The translations under genes and the position numbers were made by a program. Under the pieces are notes generated by a model. It did not search any database. It was not told the DNA's origin and saw only the letters and a program-made list of their open reading frames with translations. From NCBI RefSeq assembly GCF_009914755.1, contig NC_060937.1: DNA of 64,000 bases. One strand, 5' to 3'. The stretch is from the human T2T-CHM13v2.0 reference genome, Homo sapiens. Position 1 is the stretch's first letter. Every line of letters starts with the position of its first letter. Of this stretch, positions 13,931 to 28,572 are shown piece after piece.

Positions 13931-15139
13931 ATCCTATTATCAAATTTCTAAAAGTTTGGCAACGGGTTTCTCTGCCCACAAAACTCCTCTCTTTGCTGAG
14001 TTTATTTCTATCTGCCACTTCTTCACTTCAAATATCTGGTGTCTTATTTTATTCGTTCTATTGTTTTATGCATTTTCATTTGCAAATCAAATATTGAGAC
14101 ATTCAATTACATATGTCTACACAATTTGGAACAAGTATATTTAAGGTACCAAATCTTTCTGGTGAACTGACAGGTAATTATGAATTTAATGTTTTGTCTC
14201 AGTCATGTTAATTGTCTAAAATCCTTAGACTTCTTTAAGGTTGCTCCCAGAACCATCCATTTTTATATCAGGCTTCAGTTGCTTATCTTGCTATGCCTAT
14301 ATATCTTTCCTCTATCCCACTTCTACCTCTCCACTGGCAGCTGCCAGACCATCTCTTCTAACAAGGCTTCCCTGATTTTTCTTGTATTTTGTCTTCCTAT
14401 TCAACGCTTCCCAGATACATTGCACATATTTTTGTCATTGTTGTCATGTGTTTTTAAAATTATATTCTTTTGGGCCTTATCAAACAGACTATATGATACT
14501 TAAGGACATGGATTATGTCTTTCTTACTTTATAACAATAAACATCTGTGGATTGAATGAATGGATGAATGGATGTAATGGATCTACTTCAGTAATCTTAT
14601 TCACGGAAAAAAAAAACAAATCTCAAGAGTTTATGATGTACCTCTATTATTAATTTTGAAGTGCAATTAATGTATGGAGTTTGAGACATTTATGTAAAAT
14701 GCTTATTAGCCCCCAATCTCTCTAGGCTATATAATGTAATAGAAAATATGTCACTTTTTCTTGCAACTTTTAAAAGGTGGTATATAATATCTAAACACAA
14801 ACTTTATAATACCAGTGCTTGCCAATGCTAAAAATAGTGATTTGAAAATAACTGTTTAATTATTCATCTTTCCACCCATTAAGAACATTAATTAAATTCA
14901 TTATTTCTACAGTAGTTATGCCAGGTTATTGCAATCTTAATACTACAGGCAGGTTTTCTTAAGTATATGTTAGTTACTGGCTATTACTAGAATTCCTTAC
15001 CCTATATACCAGAATTCCTCCTTCTGCTAGTCTATTTTTAGATGTCTTTTATCCTTTTTTAGAATGTAATGGGATAATTACAACAACATAACAAAACAAA
15101 CACAGCAAAATATTATATGTTATATATTACAAAATAATA

Positions 15140-15320
15140 CAATATATGCCAAAGCATATTGTTAGCACTTTATATGCACCAACTCATTTAACTTCACACC
15201 ACATTCTAAAATAGATATAATCCACACTTTAAGATGAGGACTGGGGCACCTTACCCAAAGTTACACAACTAGTTAGTGGCTTCGTCAGGATTCAAAAAAA
15301 GGCATTTTGCCTCAAGAGGA
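15140..15320 (-). mobile_element. MIR
   Basis: cactttatatgcaccaactcatttaac...agatgaggactgggg...cccaaagttacacaactagttagtggc...ggattcaaa. Confidence 0.75.
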
Positions 15321-15817
15321 TAGTAAATGCCTCTAATAATTAAGTTGTATATTTAGTTGAAGAGAAAGTAAGGAATAAAGTTATTATTGCACCCCAGAAT
15401 GAAGCAAGAATAGAAGGCTTAGAAAATAATTAAGAGACATTTCTCTCTTGATCTTTGATGGTGCTTAATAAAACCAATTTATTTAATAATGTCACTTCCA
15501 AATTCATACACCTTCAGTGACTTCACATTACCTTCAGGTTAAAATCCAAATTCATAACAGGACATTCAAAATGACCTATAATACAACCCCATTCAGCTTT
15601 CTCAGAATTATCTCTAGGTAATATGCCAAAGCTGTCTTTGTTGTTAGAGGAATGTAAAGTAAAATGAAGAGGCACAGACTTTGACTTCAGACTGATCTAA
15701 GATAAATCGTGGCTAAATTGTTACACTGATCATCCTGCTTAAAGGTTTCTTATCACAATATTCTCATCTTTAAAAAGAAGTGTTTTTTACTATGTCTTGA
15801 GGGGTTGGGAAGATTGT

Positions 15818-18018
15818 TAATATGGTTTTGCTGTGTCTTCACACCCAAATCTCGTCTTGAATACCCATGTGTTGTGGGAGGAACCTGGTGGGAGGTAATT
15901 GAATCATGGGGGCAGGTCTTTCCCATGCTGTTTTTATGATAGGAATAACTCTCAGGAGATCTGGTGGTTTTAAAAATAGGAGTTTCCCTACACAAGCTCT
16001 CTTCTCTTGTCTGCTGCCACGTGAGATATGCCTTTTACTTTCGACCATGATTGTGAGGCCTCCCCAGCCACATGGAACTGTAAGTCCATTAAGCCTCTTT
16101 CTTTTATAAATTGCCCAGTCGCAGGTATGTCTTTATCAGCAGTGTGAAAATGAACTAATAGAGTAAATTATACCAGTAGAGTGGGGTGCTACTGAAAAGA
16201 TGACTGAAAATGTGGAAGTGACTTTGGAACTGGGTAATAGGCAGAGGTTGGAACAATTTGGAGGGCTCAGAAGAAGACAGGAAAATGTGGCAAAGTTTGA
16301 AACTCCCTACAGACTTGTTGAATGGCTTTGACCAAAATGCTGATAATGATGTGGACAATGACATTCAGGCTGAGGTGGTCTTAGATGGAGATGAGGAACT
16401 TGTTGGGAATTGGAGCAAAGGTGACTCTCATTATGTTTTAGGAAAGAGACTGACAGCATTTTGCCCCTGCCCTAGAGATCAGTGGAACTCTGAACATGAA
16501 AAAGATGAATTAGGGTATCTGGTGGAAGAAATTTCTAAGCAGCAAAGCGTTCAAGAGGTGACATGGGTGCTGTTAAAGGCATTTATGTCTAAAAGGGAAA
16601 CAGAGTATAAAAGTTTGAGAAATATGCAGCCTGACAATCCAATAGAAAAGAAAGTCCCATTTTCTGGGGAGAAATTCAAGCTGGATGCAGAAATTTGCAT
16701 AAGTAACAAGGAACTGAATGGTAATCACTAAGACAATGGGAGAAATGTCTCCAGGGCATGTCAGAGACCTTTGTGACAGCCCCTCCCATCACAGGCCTGG
16801 GGGTTTAGGAGGAAAAAATGATTTTGTGGGCCAGGTTTCAGGTCCCTCTGCTGTGTGCAGTCTAGGGACTTGGTACCCTACATCCCAGCCACTCCAGCTA
16901 TGACTAAATGGGGCCAAGGTACAGCTCAAGCTGTTGCTTCAGAGGGTGAAACTCTAAGCCTTGGCAGCTTCCATGTGATGTTGAGCCTGTGGGTGCAGTG
17001 AAGTCAAGAATTGAGATTTGGGAACCTCTGCCAGTCTTACAAAGGATGTATGGAAATGCCTCCATGTCCAGGAAGAAGTTTGCTGCAGGAGCAGGGCCCT
17101 CATGGAAAACTTCTGCTAGGGCAGTATGGAAAGGAAATGTGGAGTCAAAGCCCCCAGAGAGAGTTTCTACTGGAGTACCACCTACTAGAGCTGTGAGAAG
17201 AGGGCCACCATCCTCCAGACCCCAGAATGGTAGACTCACCAACAGCTTGCACCATGTGCCTGGAAAAGCCAGACACTCAACACCAGTGAAAGCAACAAGG
17301 AGGTGGGGGGCTATACCCTGCAAAGCCACAGGGACAGAGCTGCCCAAGTCCACGGGAACACATCTTTGCAACAGTGTGACCTGGATGTGAGACATGGAGT
17401 CAAAGGAGATCATTTTGGGGCTTTAAAATTTCATTGCCCCACTGAATTTCAGAATTGTATGGGGTCTGTATCCCCTTTGTTTTGGCCAATTTCCCCCATT
17501 TTGAATGGCTGTATTTACCCAATGTTTGTATCTCCATTGTATCTAGGAAGTAACTAGCTTGCTTTTGATTTTACAGGCTCATAGGTGGAAGGTACTTGCC
17601 TTGTCTCAGATGAGACTTTAGATTGTGGGCTTTTGAGGTAATGCTAAAATGAATTAAGACTTTGCGGCACTGTTGGGAAGGCATTATTGGTTTTGAAATG
17701 TGAGAACATGAGATTTGGAAGGAATAATATGGGAGGGGCCTGGCGAGAGGTAACTGAATCATGGGGGCAGGTCTTTCCCATGGTATTCTTATGATAGTGA
17801 TGAAGTCTCAGGAGATCTGATGGTTTTAAAAATGGGAGTTTTCCCTGCACAAGTCTCTTCTCTTGTTTTCTGCCATATGAGAGATGCCTTTCACCTTCTG
17901 CCATGATTATGAGACCTTCCCAGACATGTGGAGCTGTAAGTCCACTACATCTCTTTCTTTTGTAAATTGACCAATCTCGGGTGTGTCTTTATTAGCAGTG
18001 TGAAAAAGGACTAACACT
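15818..18018 (+). mobile_element. Complete THE1B-type MaLR provirus: 5'LTR 15818-16162, internal 16163-17724, 3'LTR 17725-18018 (about 50-bp deletion near its start)
   Basis: Both LTRs begin taatatgg; internal ORFs 16258-16731 and 16989-17390 are THE1-int translations; perfect TSD attgt at 15813-15817 and 18019-18023. Confidence 0.97.
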
Positions 18019-18350
18019 ATTGTGTACAGGAGCTGTTACAGGAGCATCAGTCTTTTTCTGGTCCCTTCCCAGAAATTGTGTCCAAGCAGCATTCCTGAAT
18101 GCAAATGTACTTCCATGGTTAGGGTACCTATTTCAAAGATAATTAATCCGTTCTCCAAAGCACTCTGGAAACCACTTCATTGCATAGTGCGTCTATCCTA
18201 CTTGTGAACCATTGCAGTGTTTCTTACCTAAACTGCTTACATGATAGTTATGCAATGGTTTTCCATATTTTGCTTTTTACTTTACATTTTCATTTCTTTT
18301 CTACTATCTAAATTTTCAATTTTTTATTCATAATTTAATTTTGAAAATGA

Positions 18351-19544
<1,194 letters not shown>

Positions 19545-19749
19545 AAAGAATACTAATAATAAAATAACATATTGAAAACAGAGAGGAGATGGTTCATTTG
19601 ACCTATTTTTTTGCTATATTATAAATCTTGCCTTTAAATACGTAGAAATTTTAAAGGTGTTTTTGTAGAAAGAAATTATTGACCACTCACCATTTTCCAG
19701 AGACTATGTTAATTATTGTTATTTATAATTATTATTATAATTATTGTTA

Positions 19750-21560
19750 TTTAATCCAAACAACCACCTCATGAGTTTGGCATTGAGTCCATGTTTAAAT
19801 TCAAGGTAACTGAGATTCAGAGAGATTAAGTAACCCCTTGTATTCATATAGATGAAAACAAGTGCCCCCAAAGAAGGGTTGTGAAAAAATGGGAAGTTGA
19901 TTGAATATGCACATGTGGGAAATGACAAATAAACTGTATGTAAAGCAGCATCATTTATCAGATTGAGGTCATAGCTAATGTAGGATCATTTTGTAGAATT
20001 AATAATAAAGTCTAGGTCAACGTATGGTTAAATTATGGTGAAAATATAAGAATTAAGGTGAATAGATTAATCATTATTATTACTACTAATATGTATTCAA
20101 ATTAACAATTATAAGTAGAATTGTTTATCCTTGTGTCTAAGTATTACAGGATCTCTGCTAAGTACTGTACCTCTGTTATATCACTTCACACTCAAAAGTC
20201 ACTGATAGTAAGTACTGATACTATCTTAATTTATCCAGCATGAAAACTAAGACAAATATTAACTAAATTGCTTGAGGTTAAAAGACTACAAAGTGGTAGA
20301 GTCAAGAATTACAATATTAAAAATGAATTTGGTTTATAGGTACTCAAAACTGGTAAATCTCAACCTATACTGCCTCGTAATACTTTAGGTTATGGTTCAT
20401 AAAGGATGGCATAAGAAAATAAAATGGCAAAAAAATACGGCATGGCTTACCTGTGTGCTATATTTTACACTATCAATTTAGCCAAGGGGCATGGTTCACT
20501 TCTACTCTCACCACCAAAAATGATTATAAAATTTAACAAAGAAAACCAAAATATCTAAGAAAGAATGGGTTGGGGATGTGTGGGTGTGTACATACAATCA
20601 CACATGCAAGACTATATATAAGGTTGTAAGTGTCACTGTTTAGTTTATTTGTTATAGTCATAGCATAACATGTTAGCCGACTTACTAGAATGTAGAACTC
20701 ATGAGGAAAGGTATTTTCATCTGTTCAATGTTGTGGCTTCATTGCCTAGACAGGTGCTTGGAACTTAGCAAATATTCAAAAAGTGTTGAAATAAATGCGT
20801 TTGATGTAGGTGAAGTAACCATTATTTTTTTCTCTAGCATTTTCTGTATAATCCCACAGAATATGATTATGCACAGTGCTGTCATATAGTGGCTAAAACA
20901 GTGCATTTTACACAGCACTGCATTGATTTGCTGAAACCATGAAAAATGAGACAAACTATATTTAGAGTGTAGACCATTAATATAAAGAGAGGAAAGGCTG
21001 TGAGTTTATTAGAAAAGGCAATCCTAAATTTATGAAAATAAAGAGGAATATATTCAAATTTTTTTTCATTTTCAAGATGTACAGAAGAAAATTTATTTCA
21101 GCTGTGACTGGTCATTATTTAACTAACGAATAGAAGATATATTTTATCTACTCCTCAACAAATTAATGTGTACTTAGGCTCCAGGCTTGTGATTGTGTCA
21201 TGCTACGTGGCCTACTAATGACCCCTAGAAATACTGCTTTTTAGTAAATGCAATATTTAAGCCAGGCATCATGCTAGTTAATTTGCATATATAATTTTAT
21301 TTACTCTTCAAAATAGAACAATATGGAAAGTATTATTAATCTCATTTTATACATGAGGAAACCAGGGTTGAGAAATTCAGGTTTTTCTTCCCCCAGAACC
21401 CAGGTTCTATCGCAGTACTCCATAATATTTTGTGTAGAAATCACCTAAAGGTTTCGAAAGATCCAGGTCTGGGATTCAGCCTGACATTTGAGATTTCATC
21501 AATCTCAGAGGTGATACTGCTACTGCTGGTTGTTGACCATACTTCAAGAAATAAGGTTCT
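19750..21560. mobile_element. Scattered MIR (about 19750-19870, 20150-20320, 21240-21400), L2 3' end (about 20685-20795) and MER5-like (about 21440-21560) fragments
   Basis: MIR core motifs aactgagattcagagagattaagtaac and ctcattttatacatgaggaaacc; L2 end ctagaatgtagaactcatgagg; MER5 aggtgatactgctactgctggt..gaccatactt. Confidence 0.55.
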
Positions 21561-22094
21561 AAATCACCAAACTATATTGCATCCAAGGATTTTGTGACAG
21601 GTATGCATGTGTGAGTATGCTTCTATTCCATAAAACCTATTTATAAGAAATGCAATTGAAAACACAAGGATATCAAGAAAATCTCAGACAAATTTAAGTA
21701 GAATCAACCAGACTATCATCAATAACCAGACTATTCAATAATGTAATTTAGGTTTGGGCAATATCCATAGCCCATATCATTAACATTGATTTCAATGTCA
21801 AACATTATGTACATACACACTCTCCTATTGGTGTCATAAATAACCTATAAAAGCTTGGAGATCTTTGCATAGAAGCTCTTTATATATTGAAGATTTTTTA
21901 AAAATATTACATGCTCTTTTGCTATCAGAATAAAATACAAGCAATTTTATAACAAAAACATAAAATTATATGTTTGCATTTGTTACCACTTGCTTTCTTC
22001 CATGGCCAATTTACTTGTATTTTTGTTTATCTGTGTATATAACTGACAAACAGTTATTAAGAGAATTTATGTTGTTAACATAACAGCAAATAAT

Positions 22095-22349
22095 AATGAT
22101 TATTGTTATTTTTGAGAGAGAGTCTTCCTGTCTCACCCACGCTGGAGTGCAGTGGCACAACCGTGGCTCACTGCAACCTTGACTTCCCAGGCTCAAACAA
22201 TTCTCCTGCCTCAGTCTCCTGAGTAGCTGGGACTATAGGCACACACCACGAAGCCCAGCTAATTTTTTTTATGTTTTTTGGGTAGAGATGGGTTTAACCC
22301 TGTTGCCCAGCCTGGTGTCAAATTCCTGGGTTGAAGCAATCCACCTGGC
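22095..22349 (-). mobile_element. AluJ, 5'-truncated
   Basis: gctggagtgcagtggcacaaccgtggctcactgcaaccttgacttcccaggctcaa...cctgggttgaagcaatccacc. Confidence 0.93.
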
Positions 22350-22821
22350 AAATAATTTTTTTCAGTGTTTGCACTATGAAGTTTTTTACTGCCATCCAAC
22401 ATTTTCCTGATGTATGTTGATGCATGCCTTCCATGACAGTTATAAATTTTATTGATAGGTGAAAGAAAACCCTTTCAGAGCTAAGGAAACACAAAAAACT
22501 GGCAATAATTTTCATAATTGGAGAAGCACTGCTTTAAAAATTATGACAACACAAATAGGCTAAATAAAGCGTTGATTATCTCTGTCTTTAAGACTGAAAT
22601 TAATTGTAATCAAATCTCTAGTGGTGTTATATTTCATCTGTAGTAACTCAAAAACAGTTGATTTGGAAATGAAATAGTATCATAACAGTAAAGAAATAAT
22701 AAAACATCACATGCATCCACAATCAAAATAGTGCATCTCATTTCTGGTTTTATAAAACACGCTTTGCTCTACATCCTCAGAATACTTTTTACTCTATTGA
22801 AATATCAAATATCAATTGTCA

Positions 22822-25800
22822 ATCCAAGATGACTGATTAGAAGCATCTGCGTTGGCAGCACTCACGGAGAGGAATGAAAAGGGGCAAGTGAATTCAGCAC
22901 CATCAACTGAAATATCCAAATTCTCGCACTGGGACTGACTAGGCAAACAAATTGATTCACGGAGAATGAAGAAAAGCAGGGGGTAGGGGCATAGAGCCAA
23001 AGGAACCCCCATCCTCAGCCAAGGGAAACAGTGAGTGATTGTGTAGATACATCCAGGAAGCCACGCTTCTCCCACACATCTTTGCAACCCGTGGATCAGG
23101 AGATCCCCTCGTGAGCCCATGCCACCAGGACCTTGGGTCCCATACACAGAGCTACGTGGAGTCTCAGCAGAGCAGCCACTCAGGCGCACACAGAGACCCA
23201 AGAGTTTTACATACTCTAGCCCTGGGATCCCTGGTGAGGTGGGCAATCTGTCTCTACATATCCCTAGGAAGGGAGCTGAATCCAGGGAGCCGATCAGCAT
23301 TGTTCTGTGGGCCTCACTTTCACAGCACCTCACAAGTTAAGACCCACTGGCTTGGAATTTCAGCCAGCCAACAGCAACAGGCTGGAATCTGCCTGAGATG
23401 CGTCCAAGTTCCTGGTGGAAGGAGCAGCCACCATCTCTGCAGTTTGGTAGATCCAGCTGTTCCAGCTTGCCAGCTTTGGAGAATACAAATGGTCCGAATA
23501 AGGCAGGGTCTCCCAGAACGCAGCACAGTTGCCTTGCCAGATCGTGGCCAGACTGCTTCCTTAAGTGGGACCTCAATCCATTCCTCCTCACTGGGTAGGA
23601 CCTCCCTCCCTGCCGGGGGCTTTGGCCACTCCAGCCAGGGTTCTACAGGTAGAACTCTGATCTCTCCCTAGGACGAAGCTCCCAGGGGCAGGGCTAGGGG
23701 GTGGCCACAATCTCTGAGGTTTGGTGCACTCAGCTGTTCCAGCCTGTTGGCTTTGAGGAATACAAATGGTTTGGATGAAAAAGAGTGCCTCCCAACACAG
23801 CACACCTACTCTACCAAAAAATAACCTTTCTGCTTCTTTAAGTGAGTCCCTAATCCGTTCCTCCTGACTGGGTGACATCTGACAACAGGCGTCTCCAGTC
23901 ACCTCCTACAGGTGTGTTCAGGCCAGAAACATGTCAGTATGACCCTGGGAAGGAGCTTCCAGAGGAAAGAGAGCTGGCCGCCATCTTTGCTGTTTGACAG
24001 ACTTCACTGGTGATACCTCCAGGTTCAGGGAAAACCAAGGCAACTGGGGTCTGGAGCAGACTCCCAGCAAACCACAGCATCCCTCCAGTAGAGTGGCCTG
24101 ACTATTAAAAATAAACACACATAAAACAATAACAATAACACAACAAAAAAGACCCCATAAAACCTCATTCGAAGATGAGCCACCTCAAAGAAGGTAGATA
24201 AAACCACAAAGATGAGAAAGAATCAATTAAAAAGCAGTGATCAATGTGCAAAAATTGCTAGCATTTCTATACACTAACAAAAGGCAAGCAGAGAGCCAAA
24301 TCATGAATGAACTCCCATTCATAATTTCTGTAAAAAAATAAAATACCTAGGAATGCAGCTTAAAAGGGAAGTGAAGGACCTCTTCCAGGAGAACTACAAG
24401 CCAGTACTGAAAGAAATCAGAGAGGACGCAAGCAAATCGAAAAACATTCCATGCTCATGGCTGGGAAGAATCAATATCATGACAATGGCCATACTGCCCA
24501 AAGTAATTTATATATTCAATGGTATCCCCATTAAACTATGATTGATATTCCTTACAGAATTAGAAAAAACTATTTTAAAATTTATGTGGAATCAAAAAAG
24601 AGTCCAAATAGCCAAGACAATCCTAAGCAAAAAAAAACACAAAGCTGGAGGCATCATGCTACCCAACTTCAAACTATACTACAAGGATACAGTAACCAAA
24701 ACAGCATGGTACCAGTACAAAAACAGACACATAGACCAATGGAACAGACTAGAGATCTCAGAAATAAGGACATACACTTATAACCATCTGATCTTTGACA
24801 AACCTGAAAAAAACAGGCAATGGGGAAAGGATTCCCTATTTAATAAATGATCATGAGAGAACTGGCTAGCCATATGTAGAAAATTAAAACTGGACCACTT
24901 TCATACATCATATACAAAAATTAACTCAAGATGGATTAAAGACTTAAATTTAAAACTCAAAGCTATAAAAACCCTAGAAGAAAATCTAGGCAATACCATT
25001 TAGGACATAGGCACGGGCAAAATATTTTATGGCAAAAATGCCAAATACAATTGCAACAAAAGCAAAAATTGACAAATGAGATCTCATTAAACTAAAAAGC
25101 TTCTGCATGGCAAAATAAACTATCATCAGAGTGAATAGAGAACCTACAGAATGGAAGAACATTTTTGCAATCTATTAATCTGACAAAGGTCTAATATCCA
25201 GAGTCTACAAGGAACTTAAACAAATATACAAGAAAATACATAACCTCATGAAAAAGTGGGAAAAGGACAGAAGACATACATATGGTCAACAACGATAGAA
25301 AAAAATCTCAACATCACTGATAGAGAAATACAAATCAAAACCACAATGAGACACCATCTCACATCAGTCAGAATGGCTATTAGTAAAAGGTCAAAAAAAC
25401 AACAGATGCTGTCAAGGTTGTGGAGAAAAAGGAACATTTTTACACTGTTGGTGGGAGTGTTAATTAGTTCAACCAGTGCGGAAGACAGTGTGGTGATTCC
25501 TCAAAGACCTAGAGGCAGAAATGCCATTTGATGCAGTAATCCCATATATACCCAAAGGAATATAAACCATTCTGTTCTGAAGATACATGGACATGTATCT
25601 TCATTGCAGCATTATTCACAATGGTAAAGTTATGGAATCAACCTAAATGCCCATCAATGATAGACTATAAAGAAAATATGGTACACATACACCATAGATT
25701 ACTATGCAGCCATAAAAAGGAATGAGATCAAGTCCTTTGCAGGGACATGGATGCAGTGGGAAGCCATTATCCTCAGCAAACTAATACAGAAACAGCAAAC

Positions 25801-26070
25801 CAACCCTGCATGTTCTCACTTATAAGTGTGAACTGAATGAAGAGAACACATGGATACATGGTGGGTAACAGTGCACACTGGGGCCTGTTGTGAGGGGTGT
25901 TGTGGGAGGGAGAGCATCAGAAAGAATAGCTAATGGATTCTGGGCTTAATACTTGGGTGATGGAATAATCTGTGCAGCAAACCACCATGGCACATATTTA
26001 CCTATGTAACAAACCTGCACATCCTCCACATGCACCCCTGAACTTAAAAATTGAAGGGGAAAAAAAAGAT
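22822..26070 (+). mobile_element. Older L1PA (about PA10-PA13) with complete 5'UTR and 3' end but a large internal deletion (junction about 24240)
   Basis: 5' ccaagatgactgattagaagc...; ORF1 start atgagaaagaatcaa at 24212, then ORF2 from tcaatgtgcaaaaattgctagc; 3'UTR agagcatcagaaagaatagctaatgga...cccctgaacttaaaa. Confidence 0.93.
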
Positions 26071-26082
26071 TGAAAAAAGTTT

Positions 26083-26280
26083 GGCCAGGCACAGTGTCTC
26101 ACACTTGTAATCCCAATCTTTTGGGAGGCTGAGGTGGGAAGACTGTTTGAGTCCAGGAGTTTTAGACCAACCTGAGGCCAAGGCTGCAGTGAGCTTTGTT
26201 TGCACCACTGCACTCCCACCTGGGTGACAGAGCGAGACTGTGTCTCAAAAATATAAAAAAAAATAAATAAATAAACAAAA
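26083..26280 (+). mobile_element. AluJ with internal deletion (left arm fused to distal right arm), inserted at the L1 tail
   Basis: ...gaccaacctg|aggccaaggctgcagtgagc...; middle A-rich linker and start of right arm missing. Confidence 0.88.
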
Positions 26281-26711
26281 TTTTAGCTAAAAATTTCTAG
26301 AAAGAAATATCAAATCTCAAAATTTAAGCAAATTCTTAATTTTTTGACAATAGTTTGGCAGAATACTCACATTAATGCAACTCATATAACACATGATCAT
26401 TGGGATAAACGTTTTTCTAAGGATTGTAAAAAGTATCTGTGTATTTCCAACTTAAGAGTGGCATTAAATGTTAAAACAGGAAACTCACATTATGTTAAAG
26501 ATGAACTTATTTATATTTTCTATATTGGGACATCACAGACTATTTTTGGATTATCTAAAATGTTACTCTCTAAACTGACTTTTATATTTGCTGAATATTG
26601 AAATGCTCTGCACATGGATTCTAACTTTAAAAGGTTTAAAAGTGAAAGCAAAAAATATATGAGTAATATTCATGAAATATGACAAAATAAAGCGCAACTC
26701 TTTCATTATAG

Positions 26712-27035
<324 letters not shown>

Positions 27036-27697
27036 AGTTAAAAGATTTTTTAAATAATAATGTCTCGTTTTTAAAGAAAAAAACTTTTAAAATTAAGAAA
27101 AAGTTGTAATATCTGCTAAAATAAATAAGATACATTAAGTTCAGTACTTCTGAATCACTTGCATAATGTTCAAACAAATTATCTTTAAAATAATTCTGGA
27201 TAGCAGACTAACACTAGTAAATGTATGTCAAATGGCTCTTAGTTCCAGGCACTGTTCTAGAAATATTAGACTGGTAAAAATAGAAAGATCATACAGTTAG
27301 AATCAGAAAAAAATAATGGCTTCTCTCTGCATGTTTTAGCCAACTTAATCTGTGTCTGTGTCTTATTATGTTATTGCTAATATAAAGACAATGATACCAA
27401 TTTCAAAGGGCCAGCATGAGAATTGAATAAGTACATGTTAACCTTAATTCTAAACAAGTAACACCCCTAAGAAAACTTACATTGTAAACACTTAACAAAA
27501 CCCAAATTTTTTCTTGAACTGTTATTTACTATATGAGTATAGAAGATAGATCTTTACTTTTTCTGGGAAAAAAATAAAAATATAAAAGATCTTTGCAAAG
27601 GGTCCTCATCTTTGCTCAGGTGAGCTTAGTAAATTTCATGGCACCATTGTAAGGGCACTGAAGAAGCACAGTTGTCATCACACCTGCACCTTTGTGA

Positions 27698-27989
27698 TTT
27701 TTTTTTTTTGGATGGAGTATCACTCTGTCACCCAGGCTGGAGTGCAGTGGCATGATCTTGGCTCACTGCAATCTCTGCCTCCTGGGTTCAAGTTATTCTC
27801 CTGCCTCAGCCTCCTGACTAGCTGAGATTACAGGTGTGTGCCCCCATGCTTGGCTAATTTTTTGTATTTTTAGTAGAGATGGGGTTTCACTGTGTTAGCC
27901 AGGGTGGTCTTGATCTCCTGACCTATTGATCCACCCGCCTCGGCCTTCCAAAGTGCTGGGATTACAGGAGTGAGCCACTGCACCTGGCC
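27698..27989 (-). mobile_element. AluSc/Y-like
   Basis: gtgttagccagggtggtcttgatctcctgacc; TSD acctttgtga at 27688-27697 and 27990-27999. Confidence 0.96.
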
Positions 27990-28572
27990 ACCTTTGTGAA
28001 TTTTTAGCCCTTTGCCTTCCTGCTTCGGTTACTTCATTGCTTTTTTTCAGGTTCTTGCCTTAATTAGACCAGAACTCATCAACTAACTTATGAATGCTGA
28101 TATATGAATAAAAAAGGCAACAGTGTGATTGTGGATCAGTAATTTTATCCTGACTTTTTAGCATCCTCAAGATCTTAAGATGCACACTAGAATCTGAGAG
28201 GTCCTGGTCAATTGTACCATCATTATACGTAGAAATTATGTTCTGAATTCTACTTGAGTGTTGGTGACTGGGATCACAAAACCCAGGAGAAAATTTTAAG
28301 AACTCCATATTTCCTTAATTTGCTATCAGTAGATTGAAATTTATGAAACTGTTATCTGACCCTTGTGGCCAAACATAAATGGCAATTTCTTATATTCAAT
28401 CTGATAAAAGAATCATCCTATGTCTTTTTGCTTAGGACCTTTGAAAGCCCTGAAAGATGTCACTGGCCATGATCTAAAGCACTTTCCCAACAGAAGACAC
28501 CATGGATTAAAATGAGCAAGAAAGGAGGGAGAAGGTTAGAGAACATGTTTTCCATGCAAAAGCCTGCAGGAC

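Noticed and set aside
21705-21740. Short duplication aaccagactat(cat/t)caataa; similar ones at 530-570 and 2693-2720
   Set aside because: Ordinary slippage-scale duplications.
23039-23671. 210-aa ORF and overlapping 173-aa antisense ORF
   Set aside because: Lie in a GC-richer L1 5'UTR where stops are scarce; non-ATG start for the 210-aa ORF and no domain similarity.
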